Source: Octopus vulgaris
Lineage: Eukaryota
DNA: 64,000 nt
Assembly: GCA_951406725.2 (NCBI GenBank)
Contig: OX597836.1
Location: 39,432,001 to 39,496,000 of the forward strand
Reading direction: 5' to 3'
Made by a program: the position numbers and the translations under genes. The notes under the pieces are model-generated. The model searched no databases and was not told the DNA's origin. It was given only the letters and a program-made list of their open reading frames with translations. Position 1 is the first letter of the stretch; each line of letters opens with the position of its first letter. This document shows positions 1-14,234 of this stretch, one piece after another.

Positions 1-12
1 GTTCTTCGAAAT

Positions 13-223
13 GATAGATCGTTAGCCACTACACACATTTATTCTCTCCTTGTTTTTTTTCTCTCCTTTTTTCTCTCTTTGTTTTTTCTGTGTCCCTTTC
101 TGTAGAAGAGCGTAGGCTCGAAATGTAAAAGACTTTTTTCTGTTCCTGAGCGTTATACTAATGCATCTGTTTGTTTTGTACACCACCTGTCTTCGTCTTT
201 TGTTTTTTTCGTAAACTCTCCCT
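13..223 (+). repeat. Short interspersed repeat with a hammerhead-like hairpin (possible Penelope pLTR derivative)
   Basis: Near-identical copies at 24120-24293, 24720-24887 and, reversed, 23790-23985. All abut TA/CA microsatellites. Confidence 0.7.
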
Positions 224-225
224 AT

Positions 226-256
<31 letters not shown>

Positions 257-288
257 GCTATTTGTCAATCTATTTTCCCACTTCTCTT

Positions 289-362
<74 letters not shown>

Positions 363-826
363 TACACGCACACAAACACACAAACTCATACACACATAAA
401 TATGTATATATAATTATACATATATATAATACATACATACATATGCACACACATATGCATGTACACGTGTGCACACACACACACATACATACATGTATGT
501 ACACACACAAACACACATACACACACACATACACATGCGCATCCATACATATATTGCAGACTTCAGCATAGAACAATTCTTGAGAAAATCGGTTTTTCAT
601 TTATTTGAAGAATTACTTCTTCCATTCTCCGTTCATTTGTCTGTCCAATAATTCCACAATTTACTTGCAAATTCATCCATTTTATTTTTCCTTTTTTTCT
701 TTATCACTTCAATGATCGATTAAGTCGCTCATTGTTTACAACACCGTTCCAGAAACTTAGTTATAGCAAGAGACAAAAACAAATCTGAAATTACTTTGAA
801 ACTCTACAGAATGGCTTTGTACTTAC

Positions 827-988
827 CAGGTAAATTATGTACAACTGGAGCATTGTTCTTAACCAGATGCATTGTAAGGGACGACTGAATCCTTTGGTGA
901 CCATCAAAACAGGTTATAACTGCTACATGTGAAGTGGATTGTGTATACAATAACTTGGCTTTGGCTTGCAAATAAAGTTCATATGTGT
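827..988 (-). CDS. Cadherin-like gene exon (TYELYLQ...VITCFDG...KNNAPVVHNLPG); gene continues past the left edge of the window
   Basis: Acceptor TTTCAG|, donor |GTAAGT, 162 nt, phase 1-1. Ends in an N-x-A-P..NLP linker. Confidence 0.85.
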
Positions 989-998
989 CTGAAATATA

Positions 999-1080
<82 letters not shown>

Positions 1081-1189
1081 AGTAGGTGAATGAATTATCC
1101 TAGCATGGAAAATTCGTTTAACCGATACCTGGGTAGCAAATTCAGAGTAAAGGTATTTTGTTAACATCTTCGTTCGACCCCATTCTTTC

Positions 1190-1238
<49 letters not shown>

Positions 1239-1816
1239 CATACATACATACATATATATATATAAATATACACACACATATATGTGTGTATATATATATA
1301 TATAGGAGAGTTAGTTTTGGGGGTTGTAAATGCACCTAAGTCTTAAAACATGACGTTTTTTTTTTAATTTTGTAACAAATTATTGAAATACCGAACTGGT
1401 TTCAACAATATTTTGTTTTTCAATGGTAAATAAAAATAAAATTGGGAGTAATTGAACGTAAACATTACTATTAAACACACACACACACATGCACACACAC
1501 ATACACAAACACACAGGCACTCACTCATACACATGCGCACATTTATTAAAGGAAACAGTTAACATTTGGTATTCATGTGTGTACTTGTTCTCTAGTTTTA
1601 ATTATTTGAAGTTTTCTGGTAAAAAATTGAACTAGTTTTTAAGAATGTTGTCTTCATTGGAATGTAGATAACAAAACAGTCTCACACGATGAACTTGAGA
1701 AAAATCTTGCAAAGGGCATTATTAGACTATTTTTCTTAGTCATTTGCACGGTGATCCCTATAAGCTTATAAAAAAAAAACATTATTATTATCTATATGTA
1801 TATATTATTATGTATA

Positions 1817-2218
1817 GGCGCAGGAGTGGCTGTGTGGTAAGTAGCTTGCTTACCAACCACATGGTTCCGGGTTCACTCCCACTGCGTGGCACCTTGGGCA
1901 AGTGTCTTCTACTATAGCCTCGGGCCGACCAAAGCCTTGTGAGTGGATTTGGTAGTCGGAAACTGAAAGAAGCCCCTCGTATATATGTATATATCTATAT
2001 ATATATGTGTGTGCGTGTTTGTGTGTCTGTGTTTGTCCCCCAACATCGCTTAACAACCGATGCTGGTGTGTTTACGTCCCCGTAACTTAGCGGTTCGGCA
2101 AAAAAGAGACCGATAGTATAAGTACTAGGCTTACAAAGAATAAGTCCTGGGGTCGATTTGCTCGACTAAAAAGGCGGTGCTCCAGCATGGCCACAGTCAC
2201 ATAACTGAAACAAGTAAA
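1817..2218 (+). mobile_element. tRNA-derived SINE family A (CORE-like, about 400 bp with internal TA/TG tract)
   Basis: Head ggcgcaggagtggctgtgtggtaag..ggttc, caccttgggcaagt core, tail tgactgaaacaagtaaa. More than ten copies in the window. Confidence 0.85.
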
Positions 2219-2255
2219 TAAAGTATATGTATGTAAGTAGGACAATTGTACTCAC

Positions 2256-2436
2256 TTATAAATGGAAATGTTTGTTTGAGAAGAAATAAATTGTTCCGTG
2301 TAGTTCCATTGCTTAAAGAACAGGATATTTTTCTTTCGCCCACCGAATGACTGACGTTGAACTGTCGCAGGAGCATCTGCTGGCTTGTGTCCTCTCTCAC
2401 ATCGATATGGAATGGTAAATTGTAAAACTGGAAGTG
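2256..2436 (-). CDS. Cadherin-like gene exon (HFQFYNLPFHIDVREDTSQQMLLRQFNV...)
   Basis: Acceptor TATTTTGCAG|, donor |GTGAGT, 181 nt, phase 0-1. F-x-NLP...V-x-E start of a further repeat. Confidence 0.85.
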
Positions 2437-2680
2437 CTGCAAAATAGTCATGCAAAGATGTGAAATTCATCAACCGCTATCGTCATCCTCGTCATCTCCA
2501 CCACCACCACCACCACCGTCATCATCATCATCATCATCATCATCATCTTTTTCATCATTTTAATCACCATTAACACCATCATCGTCATTAACCATGATGG
2601 AGCTTTTATGCACTTCTTGAACTGCTAGGTGTACTTCTACTTCCACCACCACCACTACCATCACCATAACCACCATCACC

Positions 2681-2712
<32 letters not shown>

Positions 2713-3436
2713 CAACAACACCACCACCACCATCAACACCACTACCAACAACACCACCACCACCATCACCACTACCACCGCTGCTGCCGCCGCCACCCCC
2801 CCCCCCCCCACCCCCACCACCCCCACCCCCACCCCCACCACTACCACCACCACTACCACTACCACCACCACTACCACCACCACCACTACCACCACCACCA
2901 TCATCATCATCATTATCATCGTCATCATATTCTTCATCATTTTAACCACCATTACCACCACCACCATCGTCATTAACCATGAAGGAGATTTTATGCACAT
3001 CTTGAACTGCTCCGGCAAAATGCTTAGTGGCATTTCGTCTGTCTTTACATTCTGAGTTCAAATTCCACCAAGGCTGACTTTGCCTTTCATCCTTTTGGAG
3101 TTGATAAAATAAGTACCAGTTGCATACTGGGTTCAATGTAATCAATTTATTCCCTCTCCCAAAATTTCAGGCCTTGTCCCTTTAATAGAAAGGATTGTTT
3201 ATAGCTTTATGCGGGTGGTTTGAGACCTACTATCCCACCCCAAAATTGTTTCATGTTCTCTCAAAAGTTTATAAAATTATTATGATGTCTACGACTATCA
3301 CAACACATTCTTCTCTTTCTGTTTCGTCCCCTGCTCTCTCATTCCTTACTTTTCTTTTACTTTTGTCACCCTTTTGCTTTCTTCCCTGTTTTTAGACTCT
3401 CCTCCTGACCCCTCTCTCTCAAATACATGTACTTAC

Positions 3437-3585
3437 CTCTTGTAATGGCGATATACTGCTCAGTTTGTTTTGTTTAAATCTAATGTCTAAAATGCTGTCA
3501 GAATACATGCCACAAGTATCAGAAACTCGGAGTTTCAGTTTAAATAAATCAATATCTGGAATACTGGAATTCAAGTATATCCCAC
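3437..3585 (-). CDS. Cadherin-like gene exon (cadherin repeat C-half: GGIYLNSS...FKLKLRVSDTCGMYSDSILDIRF)
   Basis: Acceptor TTTTAG|, donor |GTAAGT, 149 nt, phase 1-0. G-x-I and L-x-V-x-D pattern completes the repeat. Confidence 0.85.
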
Positions 3586-4559
3586 CTAAAATATAAAAAA
3601 GAAAACGAAATCAATATTGATTTGTATCAGTGATGCAGAGAGATCAATTAAATTGACTCCGAGGCAGCAACCATTGTTGTGCTAAGCATAATGGATAGAA
3701 TCAAATATTTGGGATTTAAAAAAACAGGAACATTAAGTATGGTTTAAAGTGGTCCTTTATTAGTTACACACTATCGTATAATACTGGTAATTTTAAGTGT
3801 GATGTTTGCCTGGAAGAAATATATTATATAATTACACTTGAATTAACATTATTAAATTATAAAGGTAATTTTACACTGAAATGTTCTCACAAATATAGAA
3901 AAGCATTTAAATATTACAGCTTTAAATAACCTGCTAATGATAATTTCTTTTTATATAATATAATATTCACAATTTTCTAAAAATGTTTAGCATATTTAAT
4001 AGATAGATAACTAATTATCATAACATAGAATTCATGTTTATTTTTTATCTTCTCATTATCCACTGAAATCATCAAAAGTTAAATACTAAACTGGTTTTTA
4101 TTAGAACATTGTATTTCTTCTTAATGATCTTTTTGTATGTATTTGTCTACTCAAGATATTTTCTTAGTTCACTTTAAATTTAACCAATTTTGAATTGCTT
4201 TTATAATGTTGTGTTAACAACATGTATTTTTGGATGTATAAATTTGACTGATATTTTCTTTATCTAAATATGTTGACACAATAGAAACGATCGTTGGTAT
4301 TGTATGGCATAGTCACCAATTAAAGATGTGATTTTCTTCATTCTTGTTTTTGCTATATAATTATATATGTGTATAAAAAATGGAACAAAAACGCAATAGA
4401 GAACGTTAAAACGTTCAGACAGACAACACAAAGGCAGACAAGAGAAACAACAATTAGGACAGGCAAAAAAGATGGGTCGTTCTTGGTTTTCTTTCTTCAG
4501 TCAAGTACCAGAAGTCACGAGCATTTCGAACAATATATATATTATATAAAAAGAAATTT

Positions 4560-4722
4560 GTGCACTCACTCATACATATATATATATATATACATACATA
4601 CACTTGTAGTCACAAACATGCACTCAGATACACATATGTACATATATATATATGTATGTATATGTGTGTATGCATATCTATCTATGTATATACATATATA
4701 AGTGTGTATATATATATAAATT

Positions 4723-4782
<60 letters not shown>

Positions 4783-4921
4783 CACATACATACACTAATA
4801 GTCACTCACATACACTCAATTACACATATGTACATATGTATGTATAAGTGTGTATGCATATCTATCTATGTATATATGTGTGTGACTATATATGTGTATT
4901 TATATGTATATACATATATAA

Positions 4922-4967
<46 letters not shown>

Positions 4968-5118
4968 ACACATACACATACATACACACATAGTCACACA
5001 CATACACTCAGGTACACATGTGTACATATATATATGCATGTATGTGTGTTCTGCATATCTATCTATGTATATATGTGTGTGACTATATATGTGTATTTAT
5101 ATGTATATACATATATAA

Positions 5119-5168
<50 letters not shown>

Positions 5169-5493
5169 TTATATATGTATATACATATAAATACACATAT
5201 ATAGTCACACACATATATACATAGATAGATATGCAGAACACACATACATGCATATATATATGTACACATGTGTACCTGAGTGTATGTGTGTACTATGTGT
5301 TATTGTGTATGTGTATAAAAAAAACACACACATAACACACACTTATATATGTATATACATATAAATACACATATATAGTCACACACATATATACATAGAT
5401 AGATATGCAGAACACACATACATGCATATATATATGTACACATGTGTACCTGAGTGTATGTGTGTGACTATGTGTGTATGTATGTGTATGTGT

Positions 5494-5531
<38 letters not shown>

Positions 5532-5559
5532 AAGGTTTCATCATGTAAAAGTCTTATTA

Positions 5560-5627
<68 letters not shown>

Positions 5628-5760
5628 TATGTATGTATACACATACACATACATACACACATAGTCACTCACGTACACTCAGGTACACATATGTACATAT
5701 ATATATGTATGTATATGTGTGTGACTATATATGTGTATTTACATGTATATACATAAATAA

Positions 5761-5765
<5 letters not shown>
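4560..5765. repeat. Degenerate microsatellite-derived unit amplified in both direct and inverted orientation
   Basis: ORFs 5018..5224(+) and 5063..5269(-) translate almost identically, showing a palindrome centred near 5143. Confidence 0.85.
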
Positions 5766-5825
<60 letters not shown>

Positions 5826-5887
5826 GCGCATGCATGTGTGCATGTGTATGTGTGTACAACAGAAAAAAACTTTGAAAGAATAAATAC

Positions 5888-6064
5888 CACTTTCAGAATC
5901 CAAATGGAATGAAATATTCTCCTTGGAAAATTCTATAAACTGGAAGAAGATTTTGTCCTGTCTGTCATCATCACGTGCTTTTATACTAAACACCAATGTC
6001 CCCTTAGTAGTGTTTCTTTGAACAGATATCACAGCAGGTAGATTCTGAAAAACTGGTGCTTTAC
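5888..6064 (-). CDS. Cadherin-like gene exon (cadherin repeat N-half: GKAPVFQNLP...IKARDDD...FHLDSESG)
   Basis: Acceptor CCCACAG|, donor |GTATTT, 177 nt, phase 1-1. Cadherin hallmarks PxF, AxDxD and F-x-L-D-x-x-S-G. Confidence 0.88.
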
Positions 6065-6533
6065 CTGTGGGCAAAGATACAAAGTGGTATGTTTTATTTC
6101 ATAATTCAATTGGTAGAAACATGTCTACAGGTGTCTTGGCAACTAAGTATATCCACTCCCATGCAAAATGCTGTTTATACGACAATTCAATGAATGCAAT
6201 TTTATGCACACGTAGTTGCAGCTATGGTTAGGAGTGCAGATGTGGTTGTATGGTAAGAAATTTGCTTCCCAAGGCGGCGAGCTGGGTAGAAACGTTAGCA
6301 CATCGGACGAAATGCTTATTGGTATTTCGTCTGCCGTTACGTTCTGAGTTCAAATTCCGCCGAGGTCGACTTTGCCTTTCATTCTTTCGGGGTCGATTAA
6401 ATAAGTACCAGTTACGCACTGGGGTCGATAGAAGACACTTTCCCAAGGTGCCACACTGTGGGACTGAACTTGGAACCAAGTGGTGGGTAAGCAAGCTACT
6501 TACCACACAGCCACTCCTGCGCATATATATATA

Positions 6534-6576
<43 letters not shown>

Positions 6577-6885
6577 CATTAATACACCCACACACACACA
6601 CATACACACACACACATTCACACACACATATATATGTATACGCACTCACTCATCTTTATGTTGTTTTTGTATGCGTTATTTCTCTTCTTTTCTATATTTA
6701 AATCAATATTGTTTGTCATTATGTATTGTATAACACTTTTGCACCTATACCTGTTGTTTATAAAGCCATGTTTCTTTTATATCTCTGCATATCACATACA
6801 AATACTCCTTGTCACATGTTCTATGAATGCATAGGCTCTGATAACAAACAATGAAATTATTATCGTTATTATTATTATTATTGTA

Positions 6886-7710
<825 letters not shown>

Positions 7711-7711
7711 A

Positions 7712-7812
<101 letters not shown>

Positions 7813-7872
7813 CATCACCATCATGATCATTATTATTATTGTTGTTGTTGTTGTTATCATTGTTATACCTAC

Positions 7873-8039
7873 CAGATGAAAGAACTGCTTTCACAGCATA
7901 GTTACGATCTTCAATAACTCTGACAGGAAATTGAAATGTGTCTCTGATTTTCAGGGATGGCATCTTCGATGTTCTCAAGATGGTACTTCTGGTTGCGGCA
8001 TTCTTATTGTATGTGATCATATCGCGTCCTGAATAAGAC
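7873..8039 (-). CDS. Cadherin-like gene exon (WSYSGRDMITYN...RNYAVKAVLSSG)
   Basis: Acceptor TTTATTAG|, donor |GTAGGT, 167 nt, phase 2-1, open frame. Confidence 0.8.
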
Positions 8040-8402
8040 CTAATAAAGCAAATTATGCATATTTAATATCTATCTATCTATCTATGCATATAAATAAGGA
8101 TAAGATCGTTAATTTAAAATGAAATAACGATTCTATCAAGTGGTCAGCATGGAAAAAATAACCTTCAAAGGTAATAATTATTAAAATTATAAATTAGGGT
8201 ATCTAAAATAGCAGCCAGGATCTGACTCTAAAACCACCTTAATTGTCCATATCAATTTTTTACTAGTTTCATCTTGTCTCTATGTTTTCTCTCCGTGTTG
8301 TTATATGGAAAATTAAGGTGGTTTTAGAGTCAGATCATGGCTGCTATTTTCAGCATGGTGGTATCTCGTAGATACCCTAATTTATAATTTTAAATATCTA
8401 TC

Positions 8403-8468
<66 letters not shown>

Positions 8469-8649
8469 GTGTGTGTAGAATATAGTAAATGTATAGGCAG
8501 ACACACAACTGATATCATGTCAGTTTATGATATTTATGTATTTATGCATTTATACAAAACATAAGGTAAAGCAAATGCTATGATGTGCTTAACTCATAAG
8601 AGATCAGTAATAGTTTGATTTAGGAGTGTTCATAGTGGTTGGGAAATAT

Positions 8650-9756
8650 GGTCACATACTCCGGGAGTAGCTGTAAGTCCATAGTATTAATATGATTTTT
8701 AAAAGTTGTCAGATCTTTTGTTTACAAAGTTTGTAAGGAGCTAGAGACTGAAGATAGATACGTATTACCAGTATCAAAGCATAAAAGGCATTCTAACCCC
8801 TCTGAAATAATCAGAATACCTGAATTTATCCAATAGATTTAACAGACCATTGATTACAAACCCAGAAAGTCCATGAGGTCAATTGCAAAAGATATCCATG
8901 TGTCAGAAGGAACAGTCAGAAATGTTGTCCATAAAGACATCAGATATAAAGTTTTATATGATGAGAAAAGGTCAATTTGTTAGAAAAAGTAAACAAAAAT
9001 CACTACAGCAGATCTAAAAGACTCTTAAACGAACTGAAGAATCCAACAGAAGAAGATTTGATTTGGTTTTTATCAAAACAAGAAAAACTTCGACCAAGAT
9101 CAAAAGGTCAACAAAAGAAATGACAGATGGTTATGTGCAAACCCTTCTGAAGTTCCTGCAATTGTCATGGTTTTAGGGGTTGTCAGCAATGTCGGATATG
9201 TGATGCTTCCTTACTTCTTTCCACAAGGCCTTAGAACTAACTCTGCCGCCTACGTTGAGGTCCTGGAAATAATTGTTAAGCCCTGGATAGATAGTGTATG
9301 CAATGAAAGGCCATATGTGTTTCAGTAAGACTCTGTACTATCACACATGACTCTAGTGACACAGGGATGGATGGCTGAAAATCTCCATGATCACATAACC
9401 CCTAATATTTGGTCTCCTAATTCCCCAGATCGCAATCTATTGGATTATTACGTGTGGAGCATTGTTGAGACAGGAAAATGAACATGCCTATAACACCAAA
9501 GATTCTTTGAAAGCTGCCATAGTCAGAGTAATGTCCAAAATGCACCAGGACCACTTGATTCAAGCATGTAGATGATTTAGATCTCATATAGAAGCAGTAG
9601 TTGAGGCTAAAGGTGGCTTTATTGAATAACATTATAGAAAAGAAGATTTATTTTTATCCTCATAGCATTTTTTGATAAATAAAGTTATTATCTGTTATTA
9701 TATAACTGTTTTTTTATAAACATAAATCTGTCCTCAAATATCTTATGCACCCTGTA
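8650..9756 (+). mobile_element. Decayed Tc1/mariner DD37D (maT-like) transposon
   Basis: Translated fragments RKSMRSIAKD..VSEGTVR, VMVLGVVS, YVFQ*D-(37 aa)-WSPNSPDRNLLDY. Right end ...gcaccctgTA. Stops and frameshifts present; left boundary approximate. Confidence 0.8.
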
Positions 9757-9866
9757 TTTATACACATACATACCTAAATACATACGTACATATGTACGTA
9801 CGTACATACAAACATACATACAAACATACATACATACATACATACATACATACATACATACATACA

Positions 9867-9900
<34 letters not shown>

Positions 9901-9960
9901 CATACATACACCCAAAGTCTTATAGTGAAATTTGCTATATGAAACTTGTAGAGACCATAC

Positions 9961-10039
9961 CATCCAATCATATCTCCTGTGTTTACCATAATAGACTGTT
10001 CCGGGGTAACAGGAAAAACCAGTTTTTTCTGTATATTGT
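9961..10039 (-). CDS. Cadherin-like gene exon (DNIQKKLVFPVTPEQSIMVNTGDMIGW)
   Basis: Acceptor TTTCTACAG|, donor |GTATGG, 79 nt, phase 1-2. Bridges the 11778 donor and the 8039 acceptor in frame. Confidence 0.8.
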
Positions 10040-10703
10040 CTGTAGAAAATAAGAAAATATATTAGATAATAACAATACCAACAACAATAATTACCAGAAT
10101 AACACAAACAAAAATATGAATTAAAGTGAATATGAGTGAGAATTAAGAATGAAGATTTCTGAAAATAGAACCCTTGAACTATTAATCTAAAATCAGAAAT
10201 AATTACAAAAAACAATTAAATTAAAGGAAGATCTCCATTTGGACTAATGTGAGAACTTGTCAAGAATCCTAAAATAATATCAATGATAGGAAACACCAAT
10301 TTGGCTGTCACAGACTTAATATACACAGACACGAATATCAATATTACCATGTTAAAGGCAATAACATCTACAGCAGTTTTTAGGTTTGTTTTAAATTTTT
10401 ATGCTTTTAAATATGTTTGCTCTGACTGGCATAAGGTTGGAGAAATTGACTGAATTTGAGGTTTAATTTTCCATTAATTTCTTTAAATATTTATGTAAAG
10501 TCAGAAAGGACATAATTAGAAACTAGTAGGGTGCCAAGAGCACCATCCGAGCGTGATCGTTGCCAGAGCAGCCAATTCATATTAATTTGAGGGTCGATTA
10601 AATAAGTACCATTTAGTACTGGGGTCGATATAATCGACTTAATCCGTTTGTCTGTCCTTGTTTGTCCTTTTGTGTTTAGCCCCTTGTGGGTAGTAAAGAA
10701 ATA

Positions 10704-11318
10704 CGTATTGCTTCTGCACCTGCAATATTTACCAGATTTAGCACCTACAGGCTTCCATCTCTTCCCCACGAGGAAAAGACAGCTCAAATGTTGCTGCTTT
10801 AACACCATTGTCAATATCCAGAGCAAATTACAGAAGGTCCTCAACTCACAGAAGGTCCTTGACTCGCAGAAGGTCCTTGACTCGCAGAAAGTCCTTGACT
10901 CGCAGAAGATCCTTGACTCATAGAAGATCCTGAACTTGCAGAAGGTCCTTGACTCATAGAAGATCCTCAACTTGCAGAAGGTCCTTGACTCATAGAAGAT
11001 CCTCGACTTGCAGAAGGTCCTCAACTTGCAGAGGGTCCTCGACTCACAGAAGATCCTTGACTTGCAGAAGATCCTCGACTTGCAGAAAGTCCTCGACTTA
11101 CAGAAGATCCTTGACTTGCAGAGGATCCTTGACTCACAGAAGGTCCTTGACTTGCAGAAGGTCCTTGACTCACAGAAGATCTTTGACTTGCAGAAGGTCC
11201 TTGTCTCACAAAAAACAACTTCCAGGCTGGATTCCAAAAGTGGCAGCAACACTTAGCTAAATAAGTTAACTTTTATTAAATCTAACTAGTCCAGGAACCT
11301 TTTTGATACCACTTTGTC
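10704..11318 (+). mobile_element. Mariner transposase 3' remnant containing an expanded 18-bp minisatellite
   Basis: HLQYLPDLAPTGFHLFP (YSPDLAP.DF.LF-like) precedes the repeat. Confidence 0.65.
10831..11208. repeat. 18-bp minisatellite (cagaaggtccttgactca/ttg), about 21 units
   Basis: Direct tandem repeat visible in DNA and as the (QKVLDS/L)n ORFs. Confidence 0.9.
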
Positions 11319-11511
11319 AGCTGATACCTATTTTATCAACCCTGAAATTATGAAAGGCAAAGTCGACCTTGGTAGAATTTGAACTGAGTATGTAAAGGCG
11401 GACGAAATGCCACTAAGCAATTTTTCCTGGCACAGTAACGACTCTGCCAACTCGCTGTCTTAATAATAGTAATGATGATGATGACAATGAAGATGATGAT
11501 GATGATGACGT

Positions 11512-11571
<60 letters not shown>

Positions 11572-11598
11572 CGATAACGATGACGATGACGATGACGG

Positions 11599-11661
<63 letters not shown>

Positions 11662-11777
11662 CGATGACGACGACGACGACGACGATGATGATGATGATGA
11701 TGATAAAATCAATAATATCAACAACAGACTCAACATCAACGATAATAATAATAATGATAAGACAGTGTTTGCTCTAC

Positions 11778-12011
11778 CTGGAGAAACAAGAAGGTTGTTT
11801 TGACCCCTTAACTGATATGTATTGCTTTGTTGGCCTTTTGAATTATTGTTGTCCATCACATCAGTGTAATTGCTGCTGCTGTTGTTGTTGTTTTGGGGGC
11901 GCCATATTTGCATACGGACTGTCCCGGCACGTTTAGTGAAGATTTCCCAACTTGAGATACGACCGCAACATTGGACAGTGTATAACGGATCAATAAGAAG
12001 ATAGCTCTGAC
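11778..12011 (-). CDS. Cadherin-like gene, first identifiable exon (unnamed N-terminal beta-rich domain: GQSYLLIDPLYTVQCCGRISSWEIFTKRAGTVRMQIWRP...YQLRGQN)
   Basis: Acceptor TTTTCAG| and donor |GTAGAG, 234 nt, phase 1-1, stop-free. Splices in frame to the 10039 exon. Confidence 0.8.
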
Positions 12012-12025
12012 CTGAAAAAGGAATA

Positions 12026-12056
<31 letters not shown>

Positions 12057-12234
12057 TTATAATTATAATTAGAAGAAGAAGAAGAAGAAGAAGAAGAAGA
12101 AGAAGAAGAAGAAGAAGAAGAAAAGAAGAAGAAGAAGAAGAAGAAGAAGAAGAAGAAGAAGAAGAAGAAGAAGAAGAAGAAGAAGAAGAAGAAGAAGAAG
12201 AAGAAAAAGAAGAAGAAAGCTCTGACCTGAAAAA

Positions 12235-12296
<62 letters not shown>

Positions 12297-12297
<1 letters not shown>

Positions 12298-12502
12298 GGG
12301 GAGCATCATAGCCATTGATTGGTTGAAATTGCCGAAATGCAAGAAATTAAACAACAAATAGCTTACAAACTACAGAATTTTCTCAAGAAAGCCAAGAGAA
12401 AAAGATGTTTTATGTAACACATTCTACCAGTATACGAAGTTTAAAAGTGTTTCGTTACAAAGAAATTATTTTAAAAATCTGCCGGTCAAAGTGAAAGATC
12501 CG
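12297..12502. mobile_element. Partial copy (right half) of the same MITE family
   Basis: Aligns by eye to 39420-39606. Confidence 0.7.
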
Positions 12503-13142
12503 AGAATACGCCGATCAATAAATCCTCTATTTAAGAGAGTAGGGTGTTATTTGAGAAAGATTTGGTTGCTATCTCTGGTAGATAGAACGACGAATTAGAG
12601 TCGCCATTACTTGCTCGTATGTCTAAACGTCAGAAGAATAGATGAAGAAAATACGGCAGACGATAGTTAGGGCAAGCGATATTTAATGAAATATTGATGA
12701 GGAATGTAATATAAACATGAATACTAGCAAGAGAGGTAAAAAAACAAGAAATCATAACCTAAAGAATTTTGTGGCAAACAGAAAATAAAAACTGATAAAC
12801 AGAATCTGAGATAACGAAAGTAATAGAGACAACGAATTAGTTTGGAATGAAAGATTTATTAAAAAAGAAAAACAACAAAAAAAAAACACGGACAAAACAA
12901 ACTATAAAAAAAAATTTCTTTTGTACTTCAGATATTGTACAAAGGCGATATTGATGTCTTGAGAAAAACAAAATTGGTTGAAGCTATTGACAAGAAATCT
13001 TTTTCTCGTGGTTACACGTGAATAGAAAAGCTGGGGAGAGAGATGTGTGGGGTGTGTGTGGGGGTAGTGTGGGGGAAAAAGCGAAGGTAAAGAGAGAGAG
13101 GAATCCTAGATATTTTATTCTGAGTGTATGTTGTTTGCTTTA

Positions 13143-13668
13143 TTTTACTATACAACCATCAATATGTATGTATGTATGTATATAAGTATGTATGTATGTA
13201 TGTATGTATGTATGTATGTATGTATGTATGTATGTATGTATGTATGTATGTATGTATGTATGTATGTATGTATGTATGCATATATGTATGCATGTATGTA
13301 TGTATTTATGTATATAAGTATGTATGTATGTATGTATGTATGTATGTATGTATGTATGTATTTATGTATTTATGTATGTATTTATGTATGTATGTATGTA
13401 TTTATGTATGTATGTATTTATGTATGTATGTATTTATGTATGTATGTATGTATGTATGTATGTATGTATGTATGTATGTATGTATGCATGTATGTATGTA
13501 TGTATGTATGTGTATATGTATGTATGCATGTATGTATGTGTATATGTATGTATGCATGCATGTATGTATGTATGTATGTATGTATGTATGTATGTATGTA
13601 TGTATATGTATGTATGTATGTATATATGTATGCATACATACATACATACATACATACATACATACATA
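13143..13668. repeat. Long (TATG)n microsatellite
   Basis: About 500 bp of TATG variants, flipping to (CATA)n at the end. Confidence 0.95.
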
Positions 13669-13954
13669 GGATGAAAATCAGCAAACATTATCTGCAGAAT
13701 ATGAAGTAAGGGCGGTGAGCTGGCAGAAACGTTAGCACGCCGGGCGAAATGCGTAGCCGTATTTCGTCTGCCGTTACGTTCTGAGTTCAAATTCCGCCGA
13801 GGTCGACTTTGCCTTTCATCCTTTAGGGGTCGATAAATTAAGTACCAGTTACACACTGAGGTCGATGTATGTATGCATGTATGTATGTATGTACTATCTT
13901 TCTGACTGTCTATCAGTCTGTCTAACTTCTGTATGTCCCTCCGCCTGCCTGTCG

Positions 13955-14017
<63 letters not shown>

Positions 14018-14131
14018 GACAGACACATACATACATACATACATACATACATACATACATACATACATACATACATACATAGAAATCTTATATGTGAGTG
14101 TATATATGTATGTTACTCGGATGCTTGAAGA

Positions 14132-14174
<43 letters not shown>

Positions 14175-14234
14175 TGACAGACACATACATACATACATAC
14201 ATACATACATAGAAATCTTATATGTGAGTGTATG

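Noticed and set aside
10831-11208. Regular short repeats resembling a CRISPR array or a repeat protein (ORF 10491..11252)
   Set aside because: Units are contiguous with no unique spacers, there are no cas genes, the context is eukaryotic, and the array sits in a mariner remnant.
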